Below, in pieces: positions 43,903-58,911 of a stretch of DNA of 64,000 bases (within the stretch, counting starts at the first letter, position 1; each line of letters starts with the position of its first letter). The notes below the pieces were generated by a model that had not been told where the DNA came from, did not search any database, and worked only from the letters and a program-made list of their open reading frames with translations. Source of the stretch: Felis catus (taxonomy: Eukaryota). The position numbers and the translations under genes are program-made. Location: positions 190,156,001-190,220,000 of the forward strand of contig NC_058368.1 in NCBI RefSeq assembly GCF_018350175.1, given 5' to 3'.

Positions 43903-45942
43903 TCAAGATCAGGCTCACTGTGCTTCAGCTCACTTATCTGTCCAGTACCCTTCACCACATTGCAGGGAGGGTCCGGAAGCAAGGGGCTAGTGCTACTCAA
44001 AGTGCCCGTTCACAACCAGGTCAGAAACGTGTGCTGCATGGGAAATCAGTGCTCTGCTTTCTTCGTCAACAAAGTCCTGCTACACAGCAAAGATGTCAGC
44101 TAAATGGAACGGTGTGCTTCACGATGTAGCTGGTTTTCATTCTGGCACCAGGTCCTTATCTTCCTGCTGACTGGTGACAAATGGCAGCTTATTCACAGAC
44201 CACATTTTGTGGACCACTCTGACTTCTAGAGGCCCCTCTACATACCATGCACCCACAGACTGTATCAAGTAGAACTCTTCTGACCATAAAATTTTCTATA
44301 GAATTTTTACCATCTTTGCTTTCGAAAGAACTTGGCCGGTTGCTGTGGAGTCCATAGGACTTCCTCCAGGACACAATATCTCTGTAGAAGTCTCAGGTGA
44401 GGGAAAGCCTCTGCCCTTCTGTTTACCTCCTCCCTAGACCTTTAACTCACTTATCTATCTGCAGAGGTGGGGGCGGGTTTGTGATGAGCGTATGCTGGCC
44501 TGCCTTGGAGATCTCTTCTGAGATCTGTCTGCCTGGGTTCCTGTCTTGTCCTGGCAATAACCATTCCCTCCCCATCCCGAGGAAGAGACGCATGTATTTC
44601 TACAGTTGCTCTGTCTGTTTCCCAGTGGGTAAGTTAAATGGCACGGAGGAGGAACAAGAAGTCTCAGGTGGCATTGGTTGGAAGTCACATCCCTAGTCCA
44701 GCTTCCCCAGCAACAAACCTGATCTTTTGGCCCCTATCAGCCACAAGCACTAATACCTAGATTGAGGGGAGGGGAGGGGATAGCACATGCCAAATCAGCC
44801 TCTTACCAACCACTGCACTTATCACACCCGTGATGAGTCTAACACTCATGATGTGTTAGACCTCCTCCCTCTGCACCAGGCTGTAAGTGCTGCAGGAACA
44901 GGGCCCAGCAGTGCTGTCCACACCCTGTGCCCACTGCCTGGGCGTGAGGTGGGCTGTCAGAAAAGTTTTGTTGAAAAGGAGTGAATAAAGTAATGAATGA
45001 GCTAAGAAGCTAAGATCTTTTTCCTTCCTCTAAACCTCAAAGGAATAAATAGAATATCTGACGTTAGGGAAAATGGTGAAAACAAAGTTTAGGAGGTGAG
45101 GATTTTCATTAGAATCAATACGTATGATGGTTTTGCTGGAAAGAAGCTTTGGTGTAGAGAAACAATGGGACCGAAGCCTTAAAGGAACATGATGCCATAA
45201 AAAAATCTGGGCTCTCGGCTAGAGATGTAATTAGGATTAAAATAGTGAGGCAAAAGAAGGGATAGAGAGTGAAGATATTTCAGAATAATTCCAAACACAG
45301 ATGAGTGTGCAGATCTTTTAGACTTAAGAGAAAATATTTGCAATTTCGGGCTAGGCAGAGATTTCTTAGCTAGAACACAAAAATCACAAACCATAACATA
45401 ATTGATAAGTTACACTTTATCAAAATGTAAAAATAGGTGCTCTTCAAAAGGTATCCCTAAAACAGTGAAAAGGCAAAGTCCCCAATGAGAAAAAATATTT
45501 ACAACATATATAAGACTAGGGACTTGTAGTCCCAAACATATAAAGAATTCCCACAATTCAAGAAGAAGACAGAAACCCAGTTTAAAAAATGGGCAAAAAA
45601 TTTCAGAAGACAACATTTCACAAAGGAGGATATAAGAATGGCCAATAAACACGTGAAAAGATGCTCGTTATCATCAGTCTTCAGGGAAATACAAACTAAA
45701 ACCTCAATGAGATTTCACTAACCAGCCATTAGAATGACTAAAATAAATCAAATTGACAACATCAAGGACTGTGAGGGTGTGGAGTAACAGAACTCTCACG
45801 TACTGTTGGTGACGATATGGAATGGCACTTCCACTTTGGAAAACCGTGTGGCAATTCCTTAAAACGTTAAGCATAAACCTACAATACGGCCATTCCAAGA
45901 GAAATAAAAACCTATATCTACACACCTTATACTCAAATCTTT

Positions 45943-46154
45943 TTTTTTTTTTTAAGTTTATTCATTTTTGAGAGAGAGAGACAGAGCATGAGCAGGGGAG
46001 GGCAGAGAGGGAGAGGGAGACTCGGAATCCGAAGCAGCCTCCAGGCTCTGAGCTGTCAGCACAGAGCCCGACGTGGGGCTCGAACTCACGGACCGCGAGA
46101 TCATGACCTGAGTGGAAATCGGACGCTCAACCGACTGAGTTACCCAGGTGCCCC
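45943..46154 (-). mobile_element. CanSINE (felid type)
   Basis: ctgagctgtcagcacagagcccgacgtggggctcgaactcacggaccgcgagatcatg; TSD tata(c/t)tcaaatcttt. Confidence 0.93.
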
Positions 46155-46480
46155 TATATTCAAATCTTTAAAGCAACGTTTTTCATATTGGCCAAAAGGC
46201 TGGAAATGGCCCAACGTTTATCAACAGTTGAACGGGCAAACAAATCATAGTATATCCACACAATGGAATAACACTCAACAATAAAAAGGAACTACTACTG
46301 ATACACAACACGATGTGGATAGGACTCAAAATTATGATGGTGAGTAACAGACCCAAACACAAAAAATTACAAACTATGAAAAATGATAGAAAATACAAAT
46401 CTGTGGTGACAAAAAAAAAGTGACTGGGCACAAGGATGGCGGGAGGATAGACTGCAAATGGCACCAAGTCTTTAAGGGGA

Positions 46481-46567
46481 GAATTTGTGTGTCGTGCTTG
46501 TGCAGGGGCCATGCTAACCTTCTCTGTACTGTTCTAATTCTAGTACGGGTGCTGTCGAAGCCAGGAC
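46481..46567 (-). pseudogene. U6 snRNA pseudogene, 3'-truncated (about nt 1-87)
   Basis: gaatttgtgtgtc...gcaggggccatgctaaccttctctgt...gtgctgtcgaagccaggac aligns to the reverse complement of U6; ACAGAGA box retained; multiple substitutions. Confidence 0.92.
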
Positions 46568-47119
46568 AGAAATGTTCTGTATCTTACCTTTGTGGTTCAG
46601 AGGTGTGTATACAACTGTCAAAAGTCTTTGAGTTATATACTTTAAATAGATCCAGTTTACTGCATATAAATTATGCCTCAATAAAGATGATAAAAAGAGC
46701 TATACTGTCCTCATGAAGGTACTGTATACTCTGACACAAGAACAGGGACGTTTATAAAAGGAACATTCAGAGAACAAGATGGAGCTTTCGGACATTAAAA
46801 ATGTAACAGGCATGATAAAAAATACACAGGACAAAGCTGATCTTAAGGAAATAGCCCACAAAGCAGAACAAAAATAGATGATGTACAGTAAGAAAGAAAA
46901 GATAAAATCAGACACTAAATCCTGGGGGTCCAACATCTGCCATTTCATCATATCTCAGTTTCTACCTATAGTTCTTCGATCACTCATCAGTCTGGGCATT
47001 TTTCTTATCTCTTTTGGCCACTTGTCCCTGTCTCTTCTGTTGGCTTCCTTTAGCCCATTTTTCTAGTGGAGTGAATGCCTTCCTTTGGATCGTTAGGAAC
47101 AGAAAAAGTTCCTTCTTTT

Positions 47120-48080
<961 letters not shown>

Positions 48081-48088
48081 AGTGCTCA

Positions 48089-48394
<306 letters not shown>

Positions 48395-48811
48395 CTATTA
48401 TTATACCCCCTTCATTTTCAGACAAGTTCTTTGTTGAAGGCCATGTGGCTTGTAAATGGTTGAGGCTTTAACCTCAGGTTGTGTGATGCCAGAGTCACCA
48501 CACAGCAACTCGGGGACACGTACCTGCAAGGAGATCTTAACCATATATATGAAGCAACAACTTTGCATGAAGCAACTTTACCCTGAACACATGAGAATTT
48601 CTCTGACTTTCTATCCTATTTCACACAAAAATGCTAATCATAAACCACTAAATTAATTTCACAACTCATTAGACATGACTCGCCAATTGAAAAGCACTGA
48701 AGACAAACATCTATTTGAGTGTGACATATTCCATAATGACACATGGATGTATGCCCATGTATATGCATAGATATACGTGGATACAGGTATCTATGTTCAT
48801 ATACATATATA

Positions 48812-49458
48812 CATAGTCCTCATTATTTGTGGATTCTGTATTTGTGTTTGCCTACTCACTAAAATTTATTTGTAATCTCCAAGTCAATACTTGCAGTATC
48901 TTTAACGGTCATTTGCAGATATGTGCCCAGTGGTGAAAAATCAGAAAGTCATGTTCCCAGCTGAGGTCAAAAATGGCCAGGCTCTGCCTTCTTGTTTCAG
49001 TAATCATGCCATACACAAGTGTCCTTCTCATGGTTTATTTAATGCCATGTTTTCCACATTTTTGCATTTCTGCTGATGATTTCACTATTAAAAATGCCTC
49101 CAAATTTAATGCTAATGTTCTGCCTAGTGATTCTAACTGTAAGAAGGCTATGATGTGCTTTATGGAAAAAACTCATGTTTTAGATAAGTTTTGTTGGGAC
49201 ATGAGTTATAGTGCTGTTGGATATGAGTTACTGTTAATGAATCAACAATACATATTAATTACATAAGGTGTCTTTAAATAGACACATATCGAAAACAAGG
49301 TTATACACGTTGATCATCTATGATATGAGGTGACCAGAGTTTCACAGGAACTTAACTCTGTACTTTGTCTAGGAGCAATGCTTCATTCAGTATTTTGCTG
49401 ATCCAGTGTTTGTGCCCACTTTACAGAATATAACTACTGTGAATGATGACAATTGTCG
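48812..49458 (-). mobile_element. MER82-like Tigger DNA transposon fossil
   Basis: ctcattatttgtggattctgtatttg ... ctaggagcaatg...ctttacagaatataactactgtgaatgatga termini. Confidence 0.7.
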
Positions 49459-50556
49459 GTATATACACATGTATAAAACATAGCTTAAAAAATAACTTGA
49501 AGCCAGATTCACTCTTAGATCACACCAAAACTTGACAGGGATGAAGGAGGCCCCAGGACTAAAATTATTCTCAGAGCTTAAGTTCAGATGATTGGCACAT
49601 ATGGTTAAGAAAGCCAAAGATTTGGGCTTGACCTTGGTCCATGCCTTCCTGGAGCCCTCAGAAGAATATGGGCCAGCTGTCTAATGATCACATTGTGTGC
49701 ACTTGTCTGGCTGCCCTCATTTCAAATATGTTGTCCTCTGATCAAAGACATTTTCAGGGTTTGGGTTTGGAAAGCATGTGCACTTTGGCCGCCAACCACA
49801 TGATGGAACCAGTGAGCAAATGTGGGATAGTGCAGAGTCATCCAGGTTCAAATCAGAAGACCTGTGTTTCTCAAACCAACATATAAATCTATTATAAGGG
49901 TATATATAGGAAGAGTCCAGGAGAATATATAAACCCCAATATTAACCATAGTTGGTTATGGTTGGTAGAATTTTACGTGATGGATTTTTCCTCTTTTGCA
50001 TATCTGCATTTTTTCTGAGGTATGTGCATTGACTGTATTTCCATATTTAAAAAAAAAGAAAAGAAAATTTAACACCAGTGAACATGTAATTGGTGGGATT
50101 ATAAGAGATTTTTATACTCTTCTTCTGTCCTTAATTGCATTTTCTGGTGTTACAATGATAATTTATTATTGTATAGTTTAAAAATATTTAGATAGAGCTT
50201 TGAGCATGAGTGTTCTCTTGCCATCCAGGGGGGAGATGGTTTGGATCATGTGCAGATAAACCATTACTGGGCCACTGTTATCTGCTGGGCATGATGTGTT
50301 TTCCATGCAATATACTGTTTAATCCTCTCAACGAACCTTCCCAGATACCACAACCCCCATTTTACAGATGAGGAAACTGAGGCATAGAGATTGTGCATAA
50401 CTTGCTAAGGTCAGTAGCAGGACCAGAATCAAGTCCAGTTCTACCTGGCTCTAAACTCCATGTTCTTGGCCACTGTGCCTTTTTGCCTCGGAAATGTATC
50501 CCCTCACCCCTGCTCCCCATCATCCCTGTGATCACTCCCTCCCTGGCTGGTCCTTA

Positions 50557-50769
<213 letters not shown>

Positions 50770-52543
50770 TTAGGTGCCTCAGTGGGACAGGCTCCTTCCA
50801 CTGACTGGTTACACCTGGTGTTCAGCCAAATGTGTCTGGCCTCCCTGGGTGGACCCAAGAGGCCTCCCAGCCACCAGCAAGAGAGCCTGCCACAGGCTGA
50901 GTGGAATAGTCTTCTTCCTCCTCTAAGACCCAATCACAGGCTTTTCCAGATACCTGGTGTCCACGGTACTTACCAGTTATATGAGTGAGGAGCCTCTCTA
51001 GGGTTACATAGAACTGGAAACTGAGCAAAGAAAAGGCAAGGTGGGGGGTGTCCCCAAACCTGCCTACTGACTGTCAGCACTGATATCTTGGGGTTGAAGC
51101 TGTGTGGAAGGGCCACTGGGGGTGGGCCTGGGGAAACCTAAAGGGACTGCCTTCTTTTTCGGCAGTGACCTGGCAACACGGAAGGACTCCACGAAAGGGA
51201 CAACATGATCACTCTGAGAGGGGTATTGCTGGCATGCTCTGCCCCTCCCCCTCACCCCCCCCCCCCCCTTCTTGTTCTCCTTGCCTCTCTTCTTTCTCCT
51301 CAACTCTTTGGAAAGATACCATTGGGAAAACCATCCTAGAATGGAGAGGAAACCAATGAATGGAAGTCTTCACTCTCCTTCTCCAAGAGAAAAAAGACAG
51401 CCCCCTCCACCCTGTTCTGTCATCTGGTGCTGGGTGACCCAGGAGGCAGACTAAGCCCAGGCACCAAACGAGGCAGATAAACATTTTGGGGAAAATGTAA
51501 TATCTCAGAAGGATCTCTGAAGTGGCCCTGATAAGAATGCTTGGACTGGTGACAGATTTCCCCACATTTACACTTCGACATGACTCATATTTTGGGTTAT
51601 TTTTGTACAGGGATGGGGACACGACCTCTCAAACCTCCGACACCCCACTGTGGCCACGTCACCACTCCCAGCCAACTTCAGGTGGTCGAGAATCCATGTA
51701 GGAAACATGAGGAAATGAGCGCAGCCTTCTCAATTCCGTGATTTTCCTAGAAAACCTCCTCACATACTAGCAGCCAGCAGGTTACGAAGAGACTAACCGG
51801 CTTCCTTGATGAGACTCCTTCACAGTGGCTCAAGGCTGGTGGGGTTCAGGGATACTCCATTTATATATTTTTCAGACACAAGCCCTCACTTTTGACTAAA
51901 GGACAGTCAGCTCCTCTCTGTATGAATGGTCATATTCATTCAGCTTTGGGAAAGATGCAGACAGAAGAAACCTTCCTAACAGCCCCAGAGTGGCCAAGGC
52001 TGTAGCTGGATGTCCCCCACCTTCCAGGAGTCATTGACACCCCAGATCCCAGCACAGGTCACCTAGAATGGTGGTTTATAAAACAGTCTAAGGTGAGGCT
52101 GTCAACCCATTTCATAGGGGGAACTATCTAAACCATATACTCAATGACATACTTACTGCATGGACTCAAATCTGAGGAGAGAACCAAGGTGATGAAAAAG
52201 ACCACCATCCTGCTCCACCCGACCACTGAGGGCCAGCCAGTACCCCCTTCTCAAGGGAAGGAAGGCTCCTGCTTTCCCACTCTGAGAGGCACGGGTCACG
52301 GCTGGGACAGAGAAGGGGCGTGGCTGTGCTCTGAGCACTTTTGAACCCTGGCAGCAAAGGTCAGATACAAAAGGGCTCAGAGCACCCTCCGCTGTTCCCT
52401 TCCGGCCGGCCAGGTGCCAGTGTTCCGATGGAATCCACCTGCCCAGGGCTCTGGGGAGGGGGGAGGGGCTGAAGTGGCCCCTCGGCCCCCTGCCCGGGCT
52501 GGGCGTCCTCGCGGGAGCCAAGAGACATTATGGCAGGCACTCA

Positions 52544-52759
<216 letters not shown>

Positions 52760-53194
52760 CTACTGTGTAACCTCAGAACCAGAAAGAGTCCCAGACAGCG
52801 TTCAAGTCCTCCCCTGCCTCCAACCAACCTGTGTTCCAGCAAGTGTGCCCAGAGAGGCAAAGTGATTTGTCCAAGGTCACACAGCAAGAAGAATGGACGA
52901 AGGATGAGGACCAGAAGGCCTGCCTCCCAGGGCAGGGTTCGTTCTGCTCTAATTTCTCTGGGTTAGTGGTTAGTGGATTCTTGCTGCTGTAAACTCTGGG
53001 CCAGGAGTGGATACCTGGATGCCGCTGGCTAGGTGTGGCCTTCCTGAGAAACTCTACAATGTGAAGCAATTGAAACCATAACACCGAACACTAAAGGGCA
53101 GACAAGTCCTAACTGAAGACCAAGACAAATGGAGAGGAGGCTGGTATTTACTGTTAGCTTCTATGCAGTCAAGCACTTCAAGACCAGAAGATCT

Positions 53195-53460
53195 TTAGGA
53201 CAGTGGTAGATACGTGTCATACTGCATTTGTCAAAACACACAGAATGTACAACCCCATGAGTGATTCCTAATGTAAACTAAGGACTTTGGTGATAATGAT
53301 GTGTCAGGGTATGTTCACTGACTGTAAAAGTATGTATCTTTGGTGGGGATTGTGATACTGGGCGAGGCTGTACATGGCGGGGGTCAGGGGGTAAACAGGA
53401 AAACTCTGCACTTTCTGCTCAATCTTGCTGTGAGCCCAAATTGCTCTAAAACCTAGTCAA
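53195..53460 (+). mobile_element. L1MC-like 3' fragment
   Basis: catttgtcaaaac...cctaatgtaaactaaggactttgg...ctctgcactttctgctcaat. Confidence 0.75.
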
Positions 53461-54760
53461 TTAAACAAAACAACAACAAAAAACAGTATCTCAATCCACA
53501 CAAATACTGTGTGAGGTCGGTACTATTATCATTCCCATGTCAAAGACAACAAAACTGAGGTTTAGACAGCTGAAGTGATTTTCACACAAAGTCAAACCAA
53601 CTTGAAGTCAAGGAGCCAAGATTGTAATCCAGGGCTGTGACTCACCTATGTAATTCCCACCAAATCCCAAGGGGAACCCTAGAAAGTAGATACCCTTGGC
53701 ATTCATATTGTCCAGGCTGATGAACTCCATTTCAGAAAGGCTTAGTGACTTTCACAGAATCATCCAGCTATCAGGTGGCAGGGCCAGACTAAAACCCAGG
53801 CCTGACTATGGCAAAGCTGTATGCCTCAACCCCACCCCTATCTCATTCACGCTGACTCAGGGCAGAGGTGGGTTCTGCATGGTCTCCGTGATAAGCCCTG
53901 TCTTCGTTTGGTGCAGCTCCAGAGCAAAGTGAAAGTTCCAGCCTTGAAAAGAAGCAAAGCCACAGGATGCCTATTGGTGGTTTACTTCCCCCTTAACTTA
54001 GAAGAGTCAGTGGGATCCAGGCTAGTGTCTCCCATGCCACACTTTTGAGGGGTTCTGCTTTTAATGTAAACCAGGATTTTCCATATCTGACCCCTGAGGC
54101 TCCACTGCACGCCTGAAGTGCCCAATGCTAGAATGAACCAACACTGTGGAATTCAATCCCAAAGCAGGAAATCCCTTCATGAAAACCCCAAAGGCTTAAT
54201 TTAACCCCAAGGTTTTATTTAAAAGAAAAAATTGGGGCCAGAAGATCAAACCCTGGAGGCATTGCAAAGGTCTGAGTGTATAATGGCCGATGATGAGGCA
54301 CTATGCCCAGAGGCAGGGGCAAGCTGAGGGAGCCCCCCGGGGCCAGAAGAGGCTGTGATTTTGCAAATGTGGATCAATTTAAAATCCAGTCTTTAATCCT
54401 CCTGCCTCTGTGAGCTCTAATATATACAGAAAATGAAAGCAGGCACTATCTTCTGGGATACACCTCTTTGTTGAGATAGCAAGGGATTTCAGGAAAGAGA
54501 AAAAGCCACCTGCAGAAAGAACTGTAAGGCCCCCCAGGCGAACCCCAGCCAAATCCTGAGACTGGGAGCATGTCTGACTTTAACGGGCCAGGCTTCCATA
54601 GTGAGTGCCTTCTCCGGGCAGCTGGAGGCCTGATCACTCTATCCTCCTCCTCCTCTTGGAGTCTGTAGAGCTTGTGTCTCAATCAACAAGCCCCGCTGCT
54701 TGCTGGCCGATTTCATTCTTTTCCCCAGAAAGACCACCCTTCAGTCCAGCCCCAGCCTTA

Positions 54761-54874
<114 letters not shown>

Positions 54875-54925
54875 CTAGAGTGAGAAGGGGCAGAGCACAG
54901 AAGCCCATCACAACCATTGGAAAAG

Positions 54926-54957
<32 letters not shown>

Positions 54958-55913
54958 GGCGTGCACATATGTACATCATGTAGTGACACATTCTATCTCA
55001 AAACCCACGTGTCTTCACATAAAGAAAGGAGACATAAATCTAATTTCAACCCCAGATTTTATTTCTACGAAGAAACTCAGACTGCCTTTAGTATCTCATT
55101 ACGGTGGCCACTTGTTGAGTCCTTACCGTGGGCCAGAGTCTGTGAATAGGGCTTCACCAGGTATTCTCCTTAATTCTGACAACAATCATGAATCAAGTTT
55201 ACACAACAACCTTATTCTACAGATGAGGCGCTGGAGACACAGAGAGGTTAGCCAGCTTGCTGAGGTCACATAGCTAATAAGTCGCAGAGACAGGGTCTGA
55301 ACCCAGATCTGACAACATTTACACATTCAGATCCTTCCTGAAGGAAAGAGCTGAGCCAGTCTGTTCCTGCATCCCTGGGGTCTGGCACATCACAGGTACT
55401 TGTGAATACCTCCTCAGTGTTGGATGAACATTCAGCTATTCACTTCTCTCCTCAAAGAAGCTAAAACAACGCACAGATCGCCAGGGAGCCACTGGCGACT
55501 TCCCTGCCTGACAGTGCTCTATGAGCAGGTTGGCAGGTTGACTCTGGATATGCCTGTCCCTCTAATAGCTCTCGAACGCTGACATGTTCTGCTCCTTTTG
55601 TCAAATGCACAGCGAGGCTGAAGGGGGCCTGAACGAAGAGGCTGAAAGCAGCTTCCGTGGGGAAGTCACATCTGACACGTAAGGGACTGGACTGGAGGAC
55701 CATTAAGGTCGCATCCCCCTTAGTCCTATCCTGTCCCCATGCTCTGCAGGGTGTGTGCCAGACTTTTCCCTGTCAGGGGAGTGGCACCCCTGGTGGCATC
55801 TGAGTTCACTATCACAAACTGCAGAGCTGGGAAAAAGGCAGAGAGCTGAGGGCAAGAAGGCTGGGAAGCAGAGGTGTGGAGGAACTAAAAGTGATTAAAA
55901 GTCAGTCAGTGAT

Positions 55914-56082
55914 GGGGGTGTCTGGGTGGCTCAGTTGGTTAAGTGGCTCTTGATTTCAGCTCGGGTCAGGATCTCACGATCTATGAGTTCGAGCCCCTCA
56001 TCGGGCTCTGTGCTGACAGCATGGAGCCTGCTTGGGATTCTCTCTCCCTCTCTCTCCCCCCCCCCCCAAAAAAAAAAAAAAA
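55914..56082 (+). mobile_element. CanSINE
   Basis: gggggtgtctgggtggctcagttggttaag...gagcctgcttgggattctctctc plus A tail. Confidence 0.88.
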
Positions 56083-57228
56083 GCCAACGAGAGAAAACAA
56101 GGGCTTGAGAATCTGATGGCAGCATCTAGGAGGGCTTTTCGGGGGAGGGGGGAGACTGGGATTTAGTGCCCCAGGGTGTGGCAGCAGCTATTTGGGGAAG
56201 AGCTATGGGGGTGAGAGGCCACTAGGCTCTGGGTGAGTTGCTGGACCTCTGATTATGCAGAGGAAGCCGGAGTGAACAAGTCACTGAGCCATACTGTCCT
56301 GCAAACCTCATTGAGGTGCTATGGGGATGGAGAGAAGGGAACCCCCACAGGGCTGGCATTAGAATAGCGAGGGTGGCCTGGAGGAGAGGAGGAAAAATAA
56401 AGCCAGCAGGAGATCAATGAATGGGAGACTCTGGGGAAGACAGAATCAAAAGGACCGTGCAGCGTGTATAAGAACATGGGGAAGGTGGCTCATCTCAGTG
56501 CTATCTCTGCCGAGAGAGATCAGGAACAACCCAAGTAGCCAGAGGTGGACTGATGGCTAAAGAAATGCAAGCACATCCAGAGCACATTATTTAGCGGCTG
56601 TGCAATATTCCAGACACATTTAATGAAATGGGACGCAAATTATACATGCACATAACTTATGCATATTGCAGATGTTGAAAACATGTCGAGCATAGAAAAA
56701 ATTAGAAGGAAATACATCAAAACGCTAAAAGTAGTACCTCTGGATGGAAAGACTGTGAGAGATTAACATTTTTTGTGCTTTTCTATACATTCCAGATTTT
56801 CTACAATAGATAGTACTTGATAAATTAAAAACGAAACTTGCAAACTGACGGAACAAATGTGATCATTTTGGCGAAATACAGCAAAAGCTTGAAGATTTTG
56901 CTTTCCTTTTGAGTAGGCAATTTCTCCTCCAGGACGTCTGACTTGGCAAGAGTACGTACACAAAAGCTGTGCTGTAAGAGTGTTCCGTGCCGTTTAGCAA
57001 ACAAATATCTAACGACAGGGGATTTGTTTAATAACAATGTCCACCTACCATGGGACACGCAACAGCCATTAAAAATTACACTGCAGAAATATCCATAACC
57101 ACATCTGGAAAGATGTATGTGACATATTAAAGGAAATAAGGCAGGTTACGAAAAATTATGTGCAGTAAGATCTGTATCAGCATTTAATTAAGAAAAAAGA
57201 ATAAATGTTTTTTTAAAAAATGATTTTA

Positions 57229-57447
<219 letters not shown>

Positions 57448-58686
57448 TTAGCCCCTCTCCTGCTTCCTCCCACCCACACCGCCCCCCTGACCATCCCAGG
57501 TGGAGGGAGCCTGCATCTTCTGCAAATCCCCCCTTCTGCCCCCCATCATGCGCCCCGCCCGTGACAGGTCAGAGCTCCCATGTGAATCTCCCACAGCAAG
57601 GAACTTGCCCCTGCCCTGGGTCCTCCATTGTATTTCCTGGCAGTTGTGACAGTTAGAAAGTACTTTCTTGAGCTGAGCTGAAAAGCAGTTCAGCTTTCCA
57701 GCAACAGGTCTGCGGTGATCCAGGCTTAGTTTTGAGGGTGTGGACTTAGTCACGACATCTCAGATGATGACAGAAAGACCCAGCCCAGGGGAGGAGAGGG
57801 GGACCAGCAGGTGTGCCCCTCCCGGCAGGACACAGCAGTACAAAAGCATTTCCCACAAGAGAAGAGTCTGAGGTCTTTGTCTCAGGCTCTTTCTCTCCAA
57901 AGACGTAACCTGGCCCCCCCTGTGGGGATGCCGTGGGCAGCACTGCTGGTGCCCCTCCCAGACAACCTGGGGCTGAGACGTGGGGTTGAGTCTCGGGAAA
58001 GAAACATGGAGCCTCAACCCTGACAGCCTTCTGCAGTCAACCGGGAGCAGGAAGGGCCCAGTGAAGCCAGTAGCATCCCTGAGACAGATGTGAGCCTGAA
58101 AACACTTCCAAGATGGACGGCCCCTCTCAGCCAGGGTCCTGCTCACACTCTTGCTGGTGCCCGTTTAGGCTGACCTGACAGGTGAGCAAGACGGGTTACA
58201 TTAAGTCGGGCAGAGCTCGAGAGTCGCAGCCGAGGGCAGTGCCTGGCAAAGTGGTGGCAGTAAGGAGAGCTGCAGCAGCTCATGCTCTTACCATTTGTCA
58301 CACTCTGTCTACTAAGGGCATTTAATACGGGGTCTCATTTATGGCTCACAACAGTCCTAGGAGATGGAGTCTCATATTCTCAAAGAACAGCCCCGTCTTA
58401 CAGATGAGGAAACTGAAGCTTAGACCTTGCTCAAGGTCTCACAATGGGTCAGTGGAGGGTCCAGGATTAGAAAACAAGGCCGTCAAACTCTAGAACCCAT
58501 GCTCTCAATCCTCACTCACGTGGGGGCAGAACAAAGGTGAGAAGGCTTTCAGAGAACAAAATGTGCAGAGGGTAAAAGGGTCATCTGTGGCTGGGAGACG
58601 AGACTTAAGTCTGCTAATTCATGAATAGGAAGTGGAGATGTTAGATCTGGACTGAGCTCCCCTACTCATGGTCCACCCACACTTCA

Positions 58687-58911
<225 letters not shown>

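Larger units (their letters stand above)
45310..46695 (+). mobile_element. Old L1 3' portion (ORF2 end and 3'UTR), interrupted by a CanSINE and U6
   Basis: aaaaaatgggcaaa...ggccaataaacacgtgaaaagatgctc...aaattatgcctcaataaa. Confidence 0.85.
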
